64,000 nt of DNA from Ostrea edulis (GCF_947568905.1 NC_079172.1:31930001-31994000); one strand, 5' to 3'; counted from the stretch's first letter, positions 1-13,339 are shown. Numbers and translations: made by a program. The notes: generated from the letters alone by a model not told the origin.

Positions 1-679
1 GTATGTTGAAGGCATCATCCTTGGAGTTTGGTAATATACACTGCAAATACTTTTACCTAGCTAATCACATATAAAAGTCAATTACATACAAATCATGAAT
101 GGTAGAAAGATTCATATATATGCATTATCAATGAAGGTTTGACTCCTGTAGGATTATAGTTAAAGGAAATGGCACTCTGAAAGATTGAAAGTCTACACAT
201 GACTACACTAGTAGGCATCACAATTGCTCTCTGAAACAAATTGCACCAAATTGTATTCTTGGAATGAAATGCATATCTTTTTTTTTTAAAGAAATATTTA
301 TTTAGAGGCTCATTTCCCTGTTGTGTAAGTTACAATGTAACAAATAGTTATTTGGACTACCAATATTTGCTTATAACCACAAAGTAAAGATCACATATCT
401 ATAAGTAGAAATAGTTTTTCTATAGCTGTCGATCACCATGTATTCTTGTACACACAGTGACTCTCTTCTTTTCAAATCTAAAACATTGCATGTTTGATTG
501 CATATATATACATTAATTCCACCATGTTTGGAAAATTAAAAAAAATGTATTTCCCTGAAAGATGCTAGACCTACCCTATATAATAAGATAAATGGCAAAT
601 ATTCTTTTTTTTTTAAATAACCTGCATGACTAAAATAAAAAGCTTCCCAATTATTTCTAAAGGCAAGGTTAGATCCACC

Positions 680-777
680 CAGTGTGATTAAAATCAAATT
701 TCGCACTTTGCTCGATATACGGACAGCGACTGTCCGTATATCGAGCGAAGTGAGAGGTTTGATTTTAAATCAGACTG
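680..777. mobile_element. Palindromic MITE with 9-bp TSD
   Basis: Termini CAGTGTGATTAAAATC / GATTTTAAATCAGACTG; central perfect 16-bp stem CTCGATATACGGACAG-cga-CTGTCCGTATATCGAG (711-745); flanks AGATCCACC (671-679) and AGATCCGCC (778-786). Confidence 0.8.
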
Positions 778-1154
778 AGATCCGCCACAAGGTAAATTAG
801 ATCGGGCTCAAAATTTTGAGAATTGTCACACAATTGCAGATGATCCCAAAGAAAACGATAATCTGAATAAATACAATTAATTTGTGTATTACTAACCAGC
901 TTATATGCATCTAGAGGGTTTGTAAGGTCTTTACGCAAGAAATTATCGATAAAAATGACAAGTCGCCATTTGCTTTGTTTATTCTTAAAGTTACGATCAG
1001 CTTACGTGTACTAGTGTAGCACACGTAGAGTTACGCTTATTTCTGACGTAAATCTACGTCTACGACTGTTCGTGAATACCGTCCCACACGTAAACGTACG
1101 CTACGTCTAGATTTACGCTACGTTTACGTCTACGAACTTTAGTAAATATGGGCC

Positions 1155-1497
1155 CAGTGTACCAAGTTTGGTGTCATTCAAGCAAAGTGTTCTCAAGATA
1201 TTGAGCAAAGAATATCTTACTACGTCCAGTTTTACCCTTGACCTTGTGGCCTGCAAAATAATAGGAGCGCAACCACTGTACCATGCTTGGTTTCAAACAA
1301 ATGATTTGAGCGAACAATATCTTATGTCCAGAGAAGTTTGACCTTGTGACCTTAACATCAATTAGGAGTAATCGTTTAATTCAGAACCAGTGAACTAAGT
1401 TTGATGTTTGTCAAGCAAGGGGTTCTAAAGATATTGTGCAGCAAATGGTTCTTTAAGTATTGAACGGACAAAATCTTGTCTGCAGACCGACAGACTG
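1155..1497 (+). repeat. Pearl/CvA-like (Helentron-associated) dispersed repeat, left part, interrupted by the RTE
   Basis: Motifs GTACCAAGTTTG, GATATTGAGC, TTGACCTTGTGACC and a GACAGAC microsatellite; continues at 5044-5212; related copies at 6281-6716, 24045-24430 and 32310-33140. Family name from recalled oyster repeats. Confidence 0.55.
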
Positions 1498-1649
1498 GTT
1501 CCTAAGGTTGTTATGCCTAGGGGTGATACTGGAGATAAGCACCCAGTTTCAAAATAAGTGCTCCTATGGGCGTGCGAAAAATATAGCCTCTGACAACCAA
1601 AGTCCAACTCCTGACCTTCTCGTGGTGGAACTGTTTCAACGAACAGGAG
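1497..1649 (+). ncRNA. Predicted HDV-like self-cleaving ribozyme at the RTE 5' end
   Basis: P1 GGTTCC 1497-1502 / GGAACT 1627-1632 (G.U first pair); P2 CTCCTG 1608-1613 / CAGGAG 1644-1649; P3 ACC/GGT; L3 TTCTCGT; J4/2 C1640-GAA. Confidence 0.75.
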
Positions 1650-2081
1650 AAGGGGCAAAGGCGAGACCCTGGCGCCTTAAAACCAGTGCTTGGGGTGGAT
1701 GGAGCTCCTCAGCCTTGGAAGGCAATTCATCTAAGAGAAGGTAAACTCTGATTTCAAACCCGGCGTTGAAAGTCGTTAGTTGTTCACAATATTCAAAACA
1801 TGGGTAGACAGGACTCAATAGCCATGGTCGGCAACCAGTCTAGGAGAAAGAGACTCTGATGTAAAAACTACTCTGCAGGTTTCAAAATCCAACCCTATAT
1901 CGAAAGATAAGGAATTTGTGGGGTGACAATCTGTCAAACTAAGGGATATGGTGAAGCTGAAGGGCCAACCCCCCATCAGTGGATAAAATCGGTTACAGAA
2001 ACAACCATAGAAGCAAATCCTCTTACTCGTCAAAGACTAGAGATAGAGGTAAACCAAACCCCCCAAACACGAGTTCAACGA

Positions 2082-5041
2082 ATGACGCGAAAGCCGAGAA
2101 AGTTGTTCTCACCAAAACATCCAACAAGAATTGCGTGCTGGAACATCCGCACGCTATATCAAAGTGGTAAGTGTGTCCAAGTAGCTAAAGAAATGGATAG
2201 ATACAACATTGAAATACTAGGCTTAAGTGAAGTTAGATGGAACACATCTGGTATAACAACAATAAGCACAGGGCACACCATCGTATATTCGGGAAATCCA
2301 AACATAAATGATCCACATGAGAAAGGAGTTGGATTTTACTCAACAGAACATCAAAGAAAGCACTGTTAGAGTGGAATCCTGTTTCACAAAGAATAATTAC
2401 AGCAAGATTCGACACAAAATTCCAGAAAACCACCATCATACAAGTCTATGCTCCAACTAATGAGGCTGAAGAATCTGAAAAGGATGATTTCTACAATGCA
2501 TTGCAATCCACAGTAGATAAAACACCAAAGCGTGACATCCTTATCATCATGGGTGACCTAAATGCAAAGGTAGGATCAGATAGAGTAGGGAGGGAGACAG
2601 AGATTGGAACACATGGAATAGGAAATATGAACGAAAATGGAGAGTTATTTGCAGACTTCTGTGCAGTCAATAAATCAATGATAGGAGGAACATTCTTCCC
2701 ACACAAAATATGCCACAAGATCACATGGGTATCACCAGCAGGAAATGCAGAGAACCAAATAGATCACATTGCTATATCACACAGATGGAGATCATCACTG
2801 CAAGATGTTAGAAACAAAAGAGGTGCCGATGCTGCATCAGACCATCATTTACTAATGGCTACCATCAAACTAAAGCTGCTATCAAAGAAAAAAACAGAAC
2901 CAAAGAGGAAAAAGTTAAATGTTGCAAAACTAAAGGAACCTTCTACAAAACAAAACTACCAAATAACCTTACAAAACAGATTCTCTGTTTTATTGATCGA
3001 AGAGGAAGACCAAGATATTAATACTATATGGGAGAAAACTAAGAAAGCCATTATACAAACATGTGAAGAAACCATAGGTTATGTCCAAAACAAACGTAAA
3101 CATTGGATGTCAGATGACACTTGGGCTAGAGTAGAGGAAAGAAGACAAGCTAAAGAGAAAGTGGTAAGAGCTACAACCAGACATCAAACACGTCAAGCAC
3201 AGGAGAACTACACCCAAAAAGATCAGGAGGTGAAGAAAAATTGTAAAAAAGACAAAAGAAAGTATGCAGAACATCTAGCACAAGAGGCAGAAACAGCATG
3301 TAGTAAAGGAGACATCAAAACTCTCTTTAACATCACCAGACAGCTGAGTGGTAAACCACCGACTACCAATACACCAGTAAAAGATAAAAACGGAAATGTA
3401 ATAACCAAGATTGAAGAACAACTTAAGAGATGGAAAGAACATTTTCAGGAAGTACTAAATAGACCACCACCGACAAATCCACCTGATATAGAAGCGGGGC
3501 AACCACTAGATATAAATATTGAAGAAGTTACAAGAGATGAAATAGATAGAGCAATAAAACATCTTAAAAATGGGAAATCAGGAGGAGTTGATAACATTCC
3601 ACCAGAGGCAATTAAAGCCATGGACTATATGTCAGTCGAGGCCCTTCACCGCCTGATAAACAGAATCTGGAAGGAAGAACAAATTCCAGATGATTGGCGA
3701 AAAGGACTCCTTATTAAACTTCCAAAGAAAGGTGACCTTTCCTCATGTAACAACTGGAGAGGGATCACCCTGTTATCCATTCCAAGCAAAATCCTATGTT
3801 ATGTCATACTCTATCGAATTAAAGCAAAATTAAACAAAATGCTTAGAGATGAACAAGCAGGATTTAGACAAGAGCGTTCCTGTGTAGACCAGATAGCCAC
3901 CTTAATAATCATAGTAGAACAGACAATTGAATGGCAAACATCTCTTTATATGATCTTTGTAGACTTCGAAAAGGCTTTTGACAGTATCGACCACCAGGTA
4001 CTGTGGGATATTCTCAAACACTATGACATACCTCATAAAATCATCTCTATCATTCAACAGTTTAATGATGGATATAACTGCCAAATAGTTCATGATGGAA
4101 ACCTGACCGATCCGTTTGATGTCACTACCGGTGTAAGGCAAGGCTGTCTCCTGTCCCCTCTCCTATTCTTAATGGTTATAGACTGGGTAACTAAAACAGC
4201 ATATAAAAACCCAAAAGGTATACAGTGGACATTACAAAACCGCCTGGAAGATCTTGACTTTGCCGACGATATATGTATGCTATCACATAGATTTCAGGAC
4301 GCAAAAGAACAGACCATCAGTCTTGAATCAACAGCAAGACAAACAGGCCTTCTAATCAATCCAGTAAAGACAAAGATAATGACAATAAACACAGCTCAGA
4401 CAGAGAAACTACAAATAAGACACAAAGAAGTAGAAAATATAGAAGAATTCACATACCTGGGCAGTATCATCAGCACTACAGGTGGAACCGACGAAGACAT
4501 AAAAGCTCGGAAAAGGAAAGCTCAACAAGCCTTTGCTATGCTAAAACCAGTTTGGAGAAACACCACCTTGAGAACTAGTACCAAACTAAGGCTTTTCAAC
4601 TCTAATGTCAAATCTGTCCTTCTCTATGGGTCCGAAACTTGGAGAGAAACATCAGCATCCATCAAGACACTCCAAGTCTTCTTAAACCGCTGCCTAAGAA
4701 TCATCCTTGGTGTGAGATGGCCAGATACGATTAACAACAAAGAACTGTGGAAAAGAACCAAACAAGAACCAATTGAGATAACAATTAGAACAAGAAGATG
4801 GAAGTGGATTGGACACACATTAAGAAAACCTAACACCAGCATAACTAAACAAGCTCTAGAATGGAATCCACAAGGCAAACGTAAGAGGGGCAGACCGAAA
4901 AACACTTGGCGTAGAGGGATCAATGCAGAGTTACAGGCCATCAATAAAACATGGGGAGAAACCAAAAAAATAGCCCAAGACAGAAAAAAGTGGAAAGCTA
5001 CTGTGGTTGCCCTATGTCCCCCATGGGACGAAGTGGATTAA
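2082..5041 (+). CDS. RTE ORF: AP-endonuclease + reverse transcriptase, one frameshift at ~2334-2337
   Basis: EN motifs WNIRTL, LGLSEVRW, QVYAPT, MGDLNAKVG, IDHIAI, SDHH; RT motifs WRGITLL, QAGFR, FVDFEKAFDS, GVRQGCLLSP, LDFADD. One T is missing in GGATTTT, splitting ORFs 1923-2369 and 2501-5041. Confidence 0.92.
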
Positions 5042-5043
5042 AA

Positions 5044-5212
5044 AGACCGACAGACTGACCCTTAACCTTGTGATCTGAAAACCAATAGGGGTCATCTATA
5101 CTCTCTTGGGGCAACCACCGTACCAAGTTTAGTAACGGTCAAAGAAAGCATTCATTAGATATTGAGCGGACAAGACTTGATCTACAGACCAACCGACAGG
5201 TGCAAAACAATA
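5044..5212 (+). repeat. Pearl/CvA-like repeat, right part
   Basis: Continues the repeat cut at 1497; ends GACCAACCGACAGGTGCAAAACAATATGC like the copy at 6650-6700. Confidence 0.55.
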
Positions 5213-6089
5213 TGCATGTATTTATTATTATTGCGAGTCAATGCTATCAAAACTCAGGTATACTGGGGCTTTCCTCGAGATCTGAAGACTGCCGGTCATC
5301 ATTAACCATGATTGTTATCAAAACATCTTTCACAGGTAGCTGTAGACCATGGTCTCTGCAAACGTCAATCAACCTAAGCTATATTGTTAAAAGTTTGATT
5401 GACCAGCGGCTTATCATTGATCGCAACACAGGTAAAATTTGGGGGCGTTAACTTAAAGTTGGGTCTTTAACGTTCCTGTAAATGCTGCATGGAAACCAAA
5501 ATGAAAGCGAAAATATCAAATTTGCCATTTTCAAAAAATTAGGCTATTTCACATTTCAAGAAACAGTCTAGATGCTCTTTAATTTCCAAGAATGTAAGGC
5601 TATACATGTATAGATATGTGATGCAATATGCGCATATTCCTTTACCTGCTTAAAACCGTAGATTCAGGAGTGAAAAACTAGCCACCTCGATTTATGTTTT
5701 CTATTGATTGGTCAAGGTGTGCGTACAGTGTTTTAGGCCACAACCATCCAATAGATAGCATAAAAATAACGTTAGTTTTAAAACCGTATAGATTACATTC
5801 ATCCAGGCATACAAATTGAAAGATCACAAAACATCATAGAGATTGTTAAAGGGCGTGACATTTGCTGAAAGGTTTATTTATCCCCGTAAGGACCTACGGT
5901 GAGTTTTTGTAACATATCTTATTCAAAATATATTTTTGATTTAAGTTGGTTGGGCATAATTTTCGTGGTTGACAAGATTTCACAACTTCGTGATGTGATT
6001 TGGTGCACAGGTGCTTGTGGACAGGACTTCCGGTACCCCCCTTCTTTTATTTTTAAATGTTCAATTCCTTGGGTATTTCGGACTTATTT

Positions 6090-6280
6090 TTGATAAAATA
6101 TGTAACTTCAGAGTTTATCTATTTCAATGGAATACACAAATTTCGCATAGAAACCGTTTTTAAAAATGTCATAATATATTTATTATGATCGGTGATATGA
6201 CATTTTTAAAAAACGGTTTCTATGCGAAATTTGTGTATTCCATTGAAATAGATAAACTCTGAAGTTACATATTTTATCAA
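6090..6280. repeat. Near-perfect ~85-bp inverted repeat (foldback)
   Basis: Arms 6090-6173 and 6196-6280 are reverse complements except for one extra A; 22-nt spacer. Confidence 0.9.
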
Positions 6281-7797
6281 GAGTGGATTGACCATGTGAC
6301 CTAAAAATCAACAGGAGTCATCCACTCCTTATGCTGTACCAGTGTACCAAGTTTGGTGTCAATCTAGCAAATAATTTTTAAAATATATGAGACAATATAT
6401 TACTATGTCCAGTTTAACTTTACCATGTGACCTCAAAATCAATAGGGGTCATCTTCTCCTGAAGATGTACCAGTATACCAAGTTTGATTTATTGAGCGGA
6501 CAGTATATTCCTAAGTCCAGAGTAGATTAACCTTTGACTTTTGACTTGAAAAACAATAGGGGTCCTCTTCTACTCATAACCAACCCACATATAAATATCA
6601 TTTCGATCAAGTGAATGGTTCTCAAAATATTGAGCGGACAACATGTGGTCGACCGACCCACCGACCGACAGGTGCAAAGCAATATGCCCCTCTTCTTTGA
6701 AGTTGGGGGGTTAAAAAAAAACCGGTAACCTATGCTGCTTAGTATGCTAATTTTCTAAGAATATTTTTGAATATTTACAGAGAACTTTTCCCAAAAATAA
6801 TTTCTTTAATCTTAATCCATGAAAACTATATTTTCTTCATAGGCTTCAATGTTAACTTGATTAAGCCACATCTTCCACTGTGAAATATCCTTCGGTTAAC
6901 CACCTCTTCTGTCGATAATTTTAAAAAAAATACCCTTTATAAAAAAAGTAGTTGGGGGCTACACAGGAGTAAAATACTTTAGAATATTTTCCATGCATTG
7001 CAAATAAGAGATCGCCAAACTGCACGAGACAACTAGTACTGAACTAGCTGTTCATTTTCTCCTATATTCTGTACAAGGTCCCGTAACCCTGATCCACGTG
7101 TAAATTGGAAAATCTCCCTATTTAATTAAAATTATATAGATATTTTACGCACATGACATTGATACACCACACAACCTATCTAAGTGAGCGGATCAAAGGA
7201 TCTCCCTTCCACGTTTTTCTTCCTCACAGTTAATCATTCAATCAAGAATGATATATGAATCTTCATGTTATTTATTTAAGCCCTGTAAAGGCATCCTGTG
7301 TACAGAACATAAATTAAAATGTCTGAACATGGTGAATTTGTGCGAACTTGCTCTTGCATGGTTTATGCCAATTATTTGTCGAAGGGGAGTGGCAAACATT
7401 CAACTTACCGAATTTCCTTGGTTTCGTTATAGTGGCTGGGACAGCCTCAGTGTCGCCTCAGAGACCGTCAATTATATTTTCAAAGAAATTCAAGTTTAAA
7501 AAATGTCAACACAATGTCCACATAAGTACTTTTCTACGAACCCGAACACACTCCATGTATAATTTTCGCAGCTTTTGACATTTCACCCCATACCTTTCCA
7601 CGGTCTAAAACGTTACATATTCAATCCAGTAAAACTGTAACATGATAAAAGTGCAAAATGGTATTGAAATATGAAATACTGATGCCCCCGGATTACAAGT
7701 TTTAGTGAATAATTTTCAAAGTAGGTCAGAGGTCAATTTCAAGGTCATATGGTCAACAAATTTGGTAACAGTTGAAAGGTTTTCTCACAAGAAATAC

Positions 7798-7963
7798 TAT
7801 AGGATTAAACATTCTTTTTGAAGAATTTATCGATGAGTAAACTCCGGACATTTTACTCACAAACTGAATAAAAGTGCGAAGCACTTTTATGTTAAGTTTG
7901 TTAGTAAAATGTCCGGAGTTTACACATCGATAAATTCTTCAAAAAGAATGTTTGAGTCTTATA
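7798..7963. mobile_element. Palindromic MITE (TATAGGATTAAACATTC...GAATGTTTGAGTCTTATA)
   Basis: The whole element is an imperfect ~80-bp hairpin centred on AAAAGTGC-gaa-GCACTTTT. Confidence 0.75.
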
Positions 7964-8143
7964 ATTCCAATTCATTCATTTTATTAGCAATTGCAAAAAT
8001 TTGAATAGTTTCCCCGCACTACGTTATTTGTATTCAGGCGTGTATGAATACATCGCGTTTTCGGATTTATTGATGTATAAACTCTTGTTCAGCTTTATTT
8101 TTGCCCAATCAAAGCAATTGTAATAAATAATATTGGAATTATA
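7960..8143. mobile_element. MITE with TATAATTCCAAT...ATTGGAATTATA termini
   Basis: 12-bp perfect TIR; shares the TATA at 7960-7963 with the preceding MITE. Confidence 0.7.
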
Positions 8144-8689
8144 CATGCTTAAGATAAAAAAGTACCTCTTACGATTTGAAAGATATGGCTTATATTCGAA
8201 GTTTCTAAAAGTAGGCCAAAGGTCAATGTTAAGGCCACCAAGTCAAAGATTTTTGTACCATGGAAAGGTCTTGCCACAAAGTATATACATACCAAATATT
8301 AAAGATGTATCTCATGTGTTGTAAAGTACATGACTAAGGTTAAAGGGTGTGGAGGTTTTTTTTGGCCACAGACAGACAGAAAGACGGACGGAAAGGCTAA
8401 AAACTATATCCGCGAATTTTCGATTCAAATAGATACAACAGACATAGAATCTACGAGTTGTCATAAAATATTTATTACTCATTACATTTTTTTTTTGTGC
8501 ATTGAAATTCGAGATATACTTAGCTTGTCTACAAAAAGCCTAATAATTTGGGATATTTGATGCAAGTCGAAAACTTGATTTTAAATCATCTGTGTTGTAG
8601 CAGAATAGAAATCGATATCTGTTACAAATACATAAGAAGGTCTTACGAGTACCTGCAGTCACCACTTTCCTCCCTTCTGTAATTATGTA

Positions 8690-9012
8690 CAACGCATGCA
8701 CTCCAATAGACCGTACAACACATGCACTCCAATAGACCGTAGAACATATGCACTCCAAAGAACGTACAACACATGCATGTCAATAGACCGTACAACACAT
8801 GCACTCCAATAGACCGTACAACACATGCACTCCAATGAACCGTACAACACATGTACACCAATAGACCGTACAACACATGCACTTGAATAGACCGTACAAC
8901 ACATGCACTCCAATAGACCGTACAACACATGCACTCCAATAGACCGTACAACACATGCACGCCAATAGATCATACAACACATGCATGCCAATAGATCGTA
9001 CAGCATATACAC
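8690..9012. repeat. 26-bp minisatellite (~12 copies)
   Basis: Unit CAATAGACCGTACAACACATGCACTC; explains the repetitive ORFs at 8643-9031. Confidence 0.95.
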
Positions 9013-10306
9013 TCCAAGAGATCGGTGGCAATGGCTTAGTGGTTATGATTTATTCACACCCGGTAAAAATCCTGAAATTGTCAATTTTAGATATCAAATG
9101 TACGAAGATAATATCAATCGATCATTGACATTGCTCAAACTGAATATAAGACAATCAGCCCACCCCTTTACTATGACAAAATATAAGTGAGTAGGCGATG
9201 CATGGTCAATTCGATGTGGGCACCATTGTTTCTGTCGTCCTTTCAACGAATCCTCTGTTGCAAACAGTATACTGCCTAAACAAAATGATTTCACTTAAAC
9301 ATGCCTCTTTTACTGCCATGCTTTAACGCCAGCATACTTCATGAAGCGATTTAAATAGCGCGTCATGAAAAGTCTTTTAAAACATAATAAACATACAAGA
9401 CAACTTTCATCCTCGCATTCACACAGATGGGAGAAATAATAACATGAGTAGCATTTTGAAATAACAGGAATTAAATTATTTGAAAAATTAAGTCATTCAA
9501 AAAGACATTTCCATTTTGACCACTTTTTCATAAAGACAGATGTGTCGAAAAGACTTTTTTTCCGTGTGAATACATGTAGTATAATTGTAAATTAAATATG
9601 CTAAAATATCATTAAACGTGAAAGTTAAGTCTTTCCTACAGAATTACCAACAAAGTACCAAAGTACAGTTTGTAATAAGATTAATATTTTCGTAACCAGT
9701 CAATAGGCCAAAAATTATTGTTAATGAAATTGCACTACCCCCCCCCCCCCCCCCCCATGGTAAAGATATATTGAAAGTGTAAATATTCATTATTTCCTGA
9801 AATAAATATTCTATATCAAGATATACTTTTAGTATGCTCTATGAACATTTAAATATCGATCATTAAACTATTGTCACCACTTACAAACCACGGACAAGTC
9901 GCGGATGCACGGAAACAGAAAAAAGTAGTCTGTGACCTGTAATAACCGAAAGTGAGTACTATACAGAAAAAGCTTATCGTTCCAATAATAGCTTGTCACA
10001 TCACGTGATCGATCATGCACATTTTGGCGTGAGGCTTCTCATAGATTTCAATGAAGCAGGTTTTACTTTTGTTCTCAGTGACCAATCACATTGAAACAAT
10101 GGCATAGTGTGGTCATCCAAACTCACATTTTCTGAAATCAAACGGCCAGTCAGTAAGCGATATGGCAATTCACGAGTGTTATTCAAGCGAAACAAACACA
10201 CTGTTTTGGAATGATAGTAGAATCGTCCAAATGAATTCTAAAGAGCAAATTCAAGAACTCCAAACTTTGCTCACTTTCGCGCAGGGGTAGCTGGGGATTT
10301 GTCGCG

Positions 10307-10463
10307 ATGCATCATTTTAAGGACAGGATAAAATTCATTGCGGTTTTCTTACTATCATTCTGTGTCTTCCATTTAAAACGTCCCGTTAATCTATCAAACT
10401 GTCAAGACTCAAATGAAAAACAGATAACTACCTACCACGAAGAAATTTCTAGGATAAATCCAG
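10307..10463 (+). CDS. Candidate alternative first coding exon (signal-peptide-like) of the cytokine-like gene
   Basis: MHHFKDRIKFIAVFLLSFCVFHLKRP...RINP followed by the phase-1 donor CCAG|GTAAGA, in phase with exon 16219. Confidence 0.35.
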
Positions 10464-11326
10464 GTAAGAGACTTGCCACAAAACTTTTCAAAAATGATGA
10501 AAATGGACACTGAATTATTGTTTACAGAAGTGAAATAAAAACACTTCACCGCTGGAATCTTACTTTTGCCTTCCATGTCGCAATTATGTCTAATACAGTG
10601 GGTAAAAATTTCATAAGAGATGTACATGTATATGGGGAAGGGATACATATCACAATTATGTCTAATACAGTGGGTAAAATTTCATAAGAGTTGTATATGG
10701 GGAAGAGATTCATATCATATTATCATTACGTCCAAGTCCGCACGAAAAATATACTGATTGCCGTAGGAGTACTAGTTTGTTGCACTCTGCTTTAAAAGCA
10801 CGATTGCATCCTCCGTAGTTCTAAATGATTGTATCCAAATGACGCTTGGTCACGGTGTAGGTAAGTAAGTAAATCTTTTATTATAGTGACATGTGTAATA
10901 CAACTTTTGTACTTCAGCAAGATACATGTTAACACTGGTTAATATAATTTTACACCCGGCCCAACGGACCTATATGTCACTTTTAGCAATTTAACATATT
11001 CAACGATGTCTGCGCATGTACATTTGTCTGATGTTATAAGAATTATAGATAAATTTTGCAGTTTGTCTTAGGTAATTACAAACAATTTTAGAAACGCAGA
11101 GTCATCAATTTGATTTATATTTACATTAAGTCCAATTTCAGAGTTTTTCTTTGTTCTTTATAAAAGGGACAGACTAGTAGAAAGTGTTTTTCAGACTCAA
11201 TTTGATCATAGAACATATTCTATCCTCGACTATTCTATTACAGACAATATACATGTAACAGGATATAAAGATTAAGTGTATGCATATTAAAACTATTCCA
11301 TTACAGACGGATATAAAGATTAAGTG

Positions 11327-11729
11327 CAGGGGCGGATCTAGGAATTGCGGTTACGGGGGCGCCACTTTAAGAGGCAGGGGGTCTGGGGGCCGCCTTCAGG
11401 CCCCCAGTGGGTCCAGGATTTTACAGATTTTGTAGGGCTTGAAATATGTCTCCTGTTTAGTCATTTGTACTATTTTCTATCATTTTTGATAAGGTGAAAT
11501 TAATCAAATGACGCAAATTTTAAGGGTTTTTAGAAAAAAAATTATAGTTCTCCCAATAAAGTAAATCAAGAAATCAAAAGATTTTGTCATTTATTTCTCC
11601 GGGGGTGGAAGAAATTATTGCTTCCTTTATCGTTTAGTACACTTTTTTAAAACAATATACCACGATTTACCTTAAATTTTAAAATTTTAGGCCTGTGCCC
11701 CCCCCCCCCCCCCTTTAAATCCGCCACTG
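11327..11729. mobile_element. MITE with CAGGGGCGGATC...ATCCGCCACTG termini
   Basis: Imperfect TIRs; a second copy at 59964-60755 carries a nested insertion. Confidence 0.75.
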
Positions 11730-13339
11730 AAGTATATTTATATTAAAACTAGTCCATACGAAAAAATAAAGAAATGTAAAACAAAATCACACAAATTGAA
11801 CCAAAAACAAATCTCTCTGATCCGCCCACTGTTTATATATCTGCCAGATTTTTATGCAGCGGATCCGTTCAACAGGGCTGCTGGATTTATGAGACGGATC
11901 CGATCAGCAGGGCTGCCAGATTTTTATGCAGCAGATCCGCTCAGCAGTCAATGTTGTCGATGAAATATGGGAGTTTAAAAAAAAAAATTAGCACTTTAAT
12001 AGATATAAATGATGATTTAAAAAAAAACACCTGAATATTATCTGATATGAGGCCTGGACGGAATGAATCAACATATATATGCATTCTGCTCCGTCTTCTA
12101 AAATTTATACATGCTTGGTGACAAATTTTTCAGTCTGTAATTCTATATAAACTTCCACTCTATAGACAGGGCTTGATATCATGTGCATGTTGCTCAATAC
12201 TATATAAATATTCAGCCAGTTTTGAATTCTATAGGCCCAATATGTATAAATTAAAATTGATGCACGCATGTCGCTCTTTTCAAAATTCTGGACATACTGA
12301 CCAGAGGCGGATCCAGGAATCTGGACAGACTGACATATAGGCTTAGGGCAATATTGATACATGTGTGCACGTTGCTTAAAAAAATCGAACTAAGAAGTAG
12401 AGCGAAATTAATGCATGCATGATTCTTCTAAATTCCAAATCACGAAAGAGGGCCAAATAATAAAATTAAATCATAATTGCGCCTTGTTACAATGTCACGG
12501 CCTTTAATCGCACCCCACGTAAATAACCAACATACCCGTCTAAAGTCGGTTCCCCCAGTTCCACAATTAGGAATACCCGTGAATCATACCAGAGTTATTG
12601 AATTTTCGGAAAATATATTCTGTTTTGGATAAGTCTACAGCAGGCCTTTAAATCGAAAGTAGACGTTTTGTTTGTTTTTCTGCGACCAATATAGCCGAGG
12701 TACTTCCGATAATCACATCAAAATAAACTACACTGAAACAAGCTATAGATTTAAGCATCGACCTAAATAGAGTCTACTCCAAAATTTCGGTACTGTATCG
12801 TAAGCCAATCAACACATGCTGTATGTTGGAAAACTTTTTCTACCAGATTTAATTGTTACCCTGGAGACATTCTGGTCGTTGAATTTGTCATCGAAAAAGA
12901 CGGACTTTCTGAGCTTCGTTACCAAATTATATGTTAAAGTTGGGGTATACAGAAAAAATGGCATCAAAATGAAATAGATATTCTAAAATTGATTGTTTGT
13001 AATGAGAATAAACTTATAATACTTTAATGGATATTCGTCATAATTTCTTTGCAAGTTTTTGTGCAGAACCAAAACTGCATGTAGTTTTAGAATGTATTAG
13101 AACAAAATGCATTTTTATATATTCATGAGAGATTTAGTGTAGGTTCCTGATTTTTTCCTTTTTCACATATAGTGTGACATTGTATGCTACAGGTTTAAAA
13201 AAAAAGAAAGAAGAAGAAAAAAAAACCACTTCGCAAAATGATATGTACTTCGTAAAAACAAACCTTACAACAGTTACTCTGTATAATACATTGTTTATCT
13301 GATTAACGAAATTTTATTGCTATATCACAACGTCGATCA

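Larger units (their letters stand above)
1497..5043 (+). mobile_element. Full-length RTE-clade non-LTR retrotransposon (LINE)
   Basis: Direct repeat AGACCGACAGACTG at 1484-1497 and 5044-5057 (TSD). ~580-bp 5' UTR, then a single EN+RT reading frame that stops at the 3' end. Confidence 0.95.

Noticed and set aside
8643-9031. Cys/Val-rich repetitive ORFs
   Set aside because: 26-bp minisatellite.
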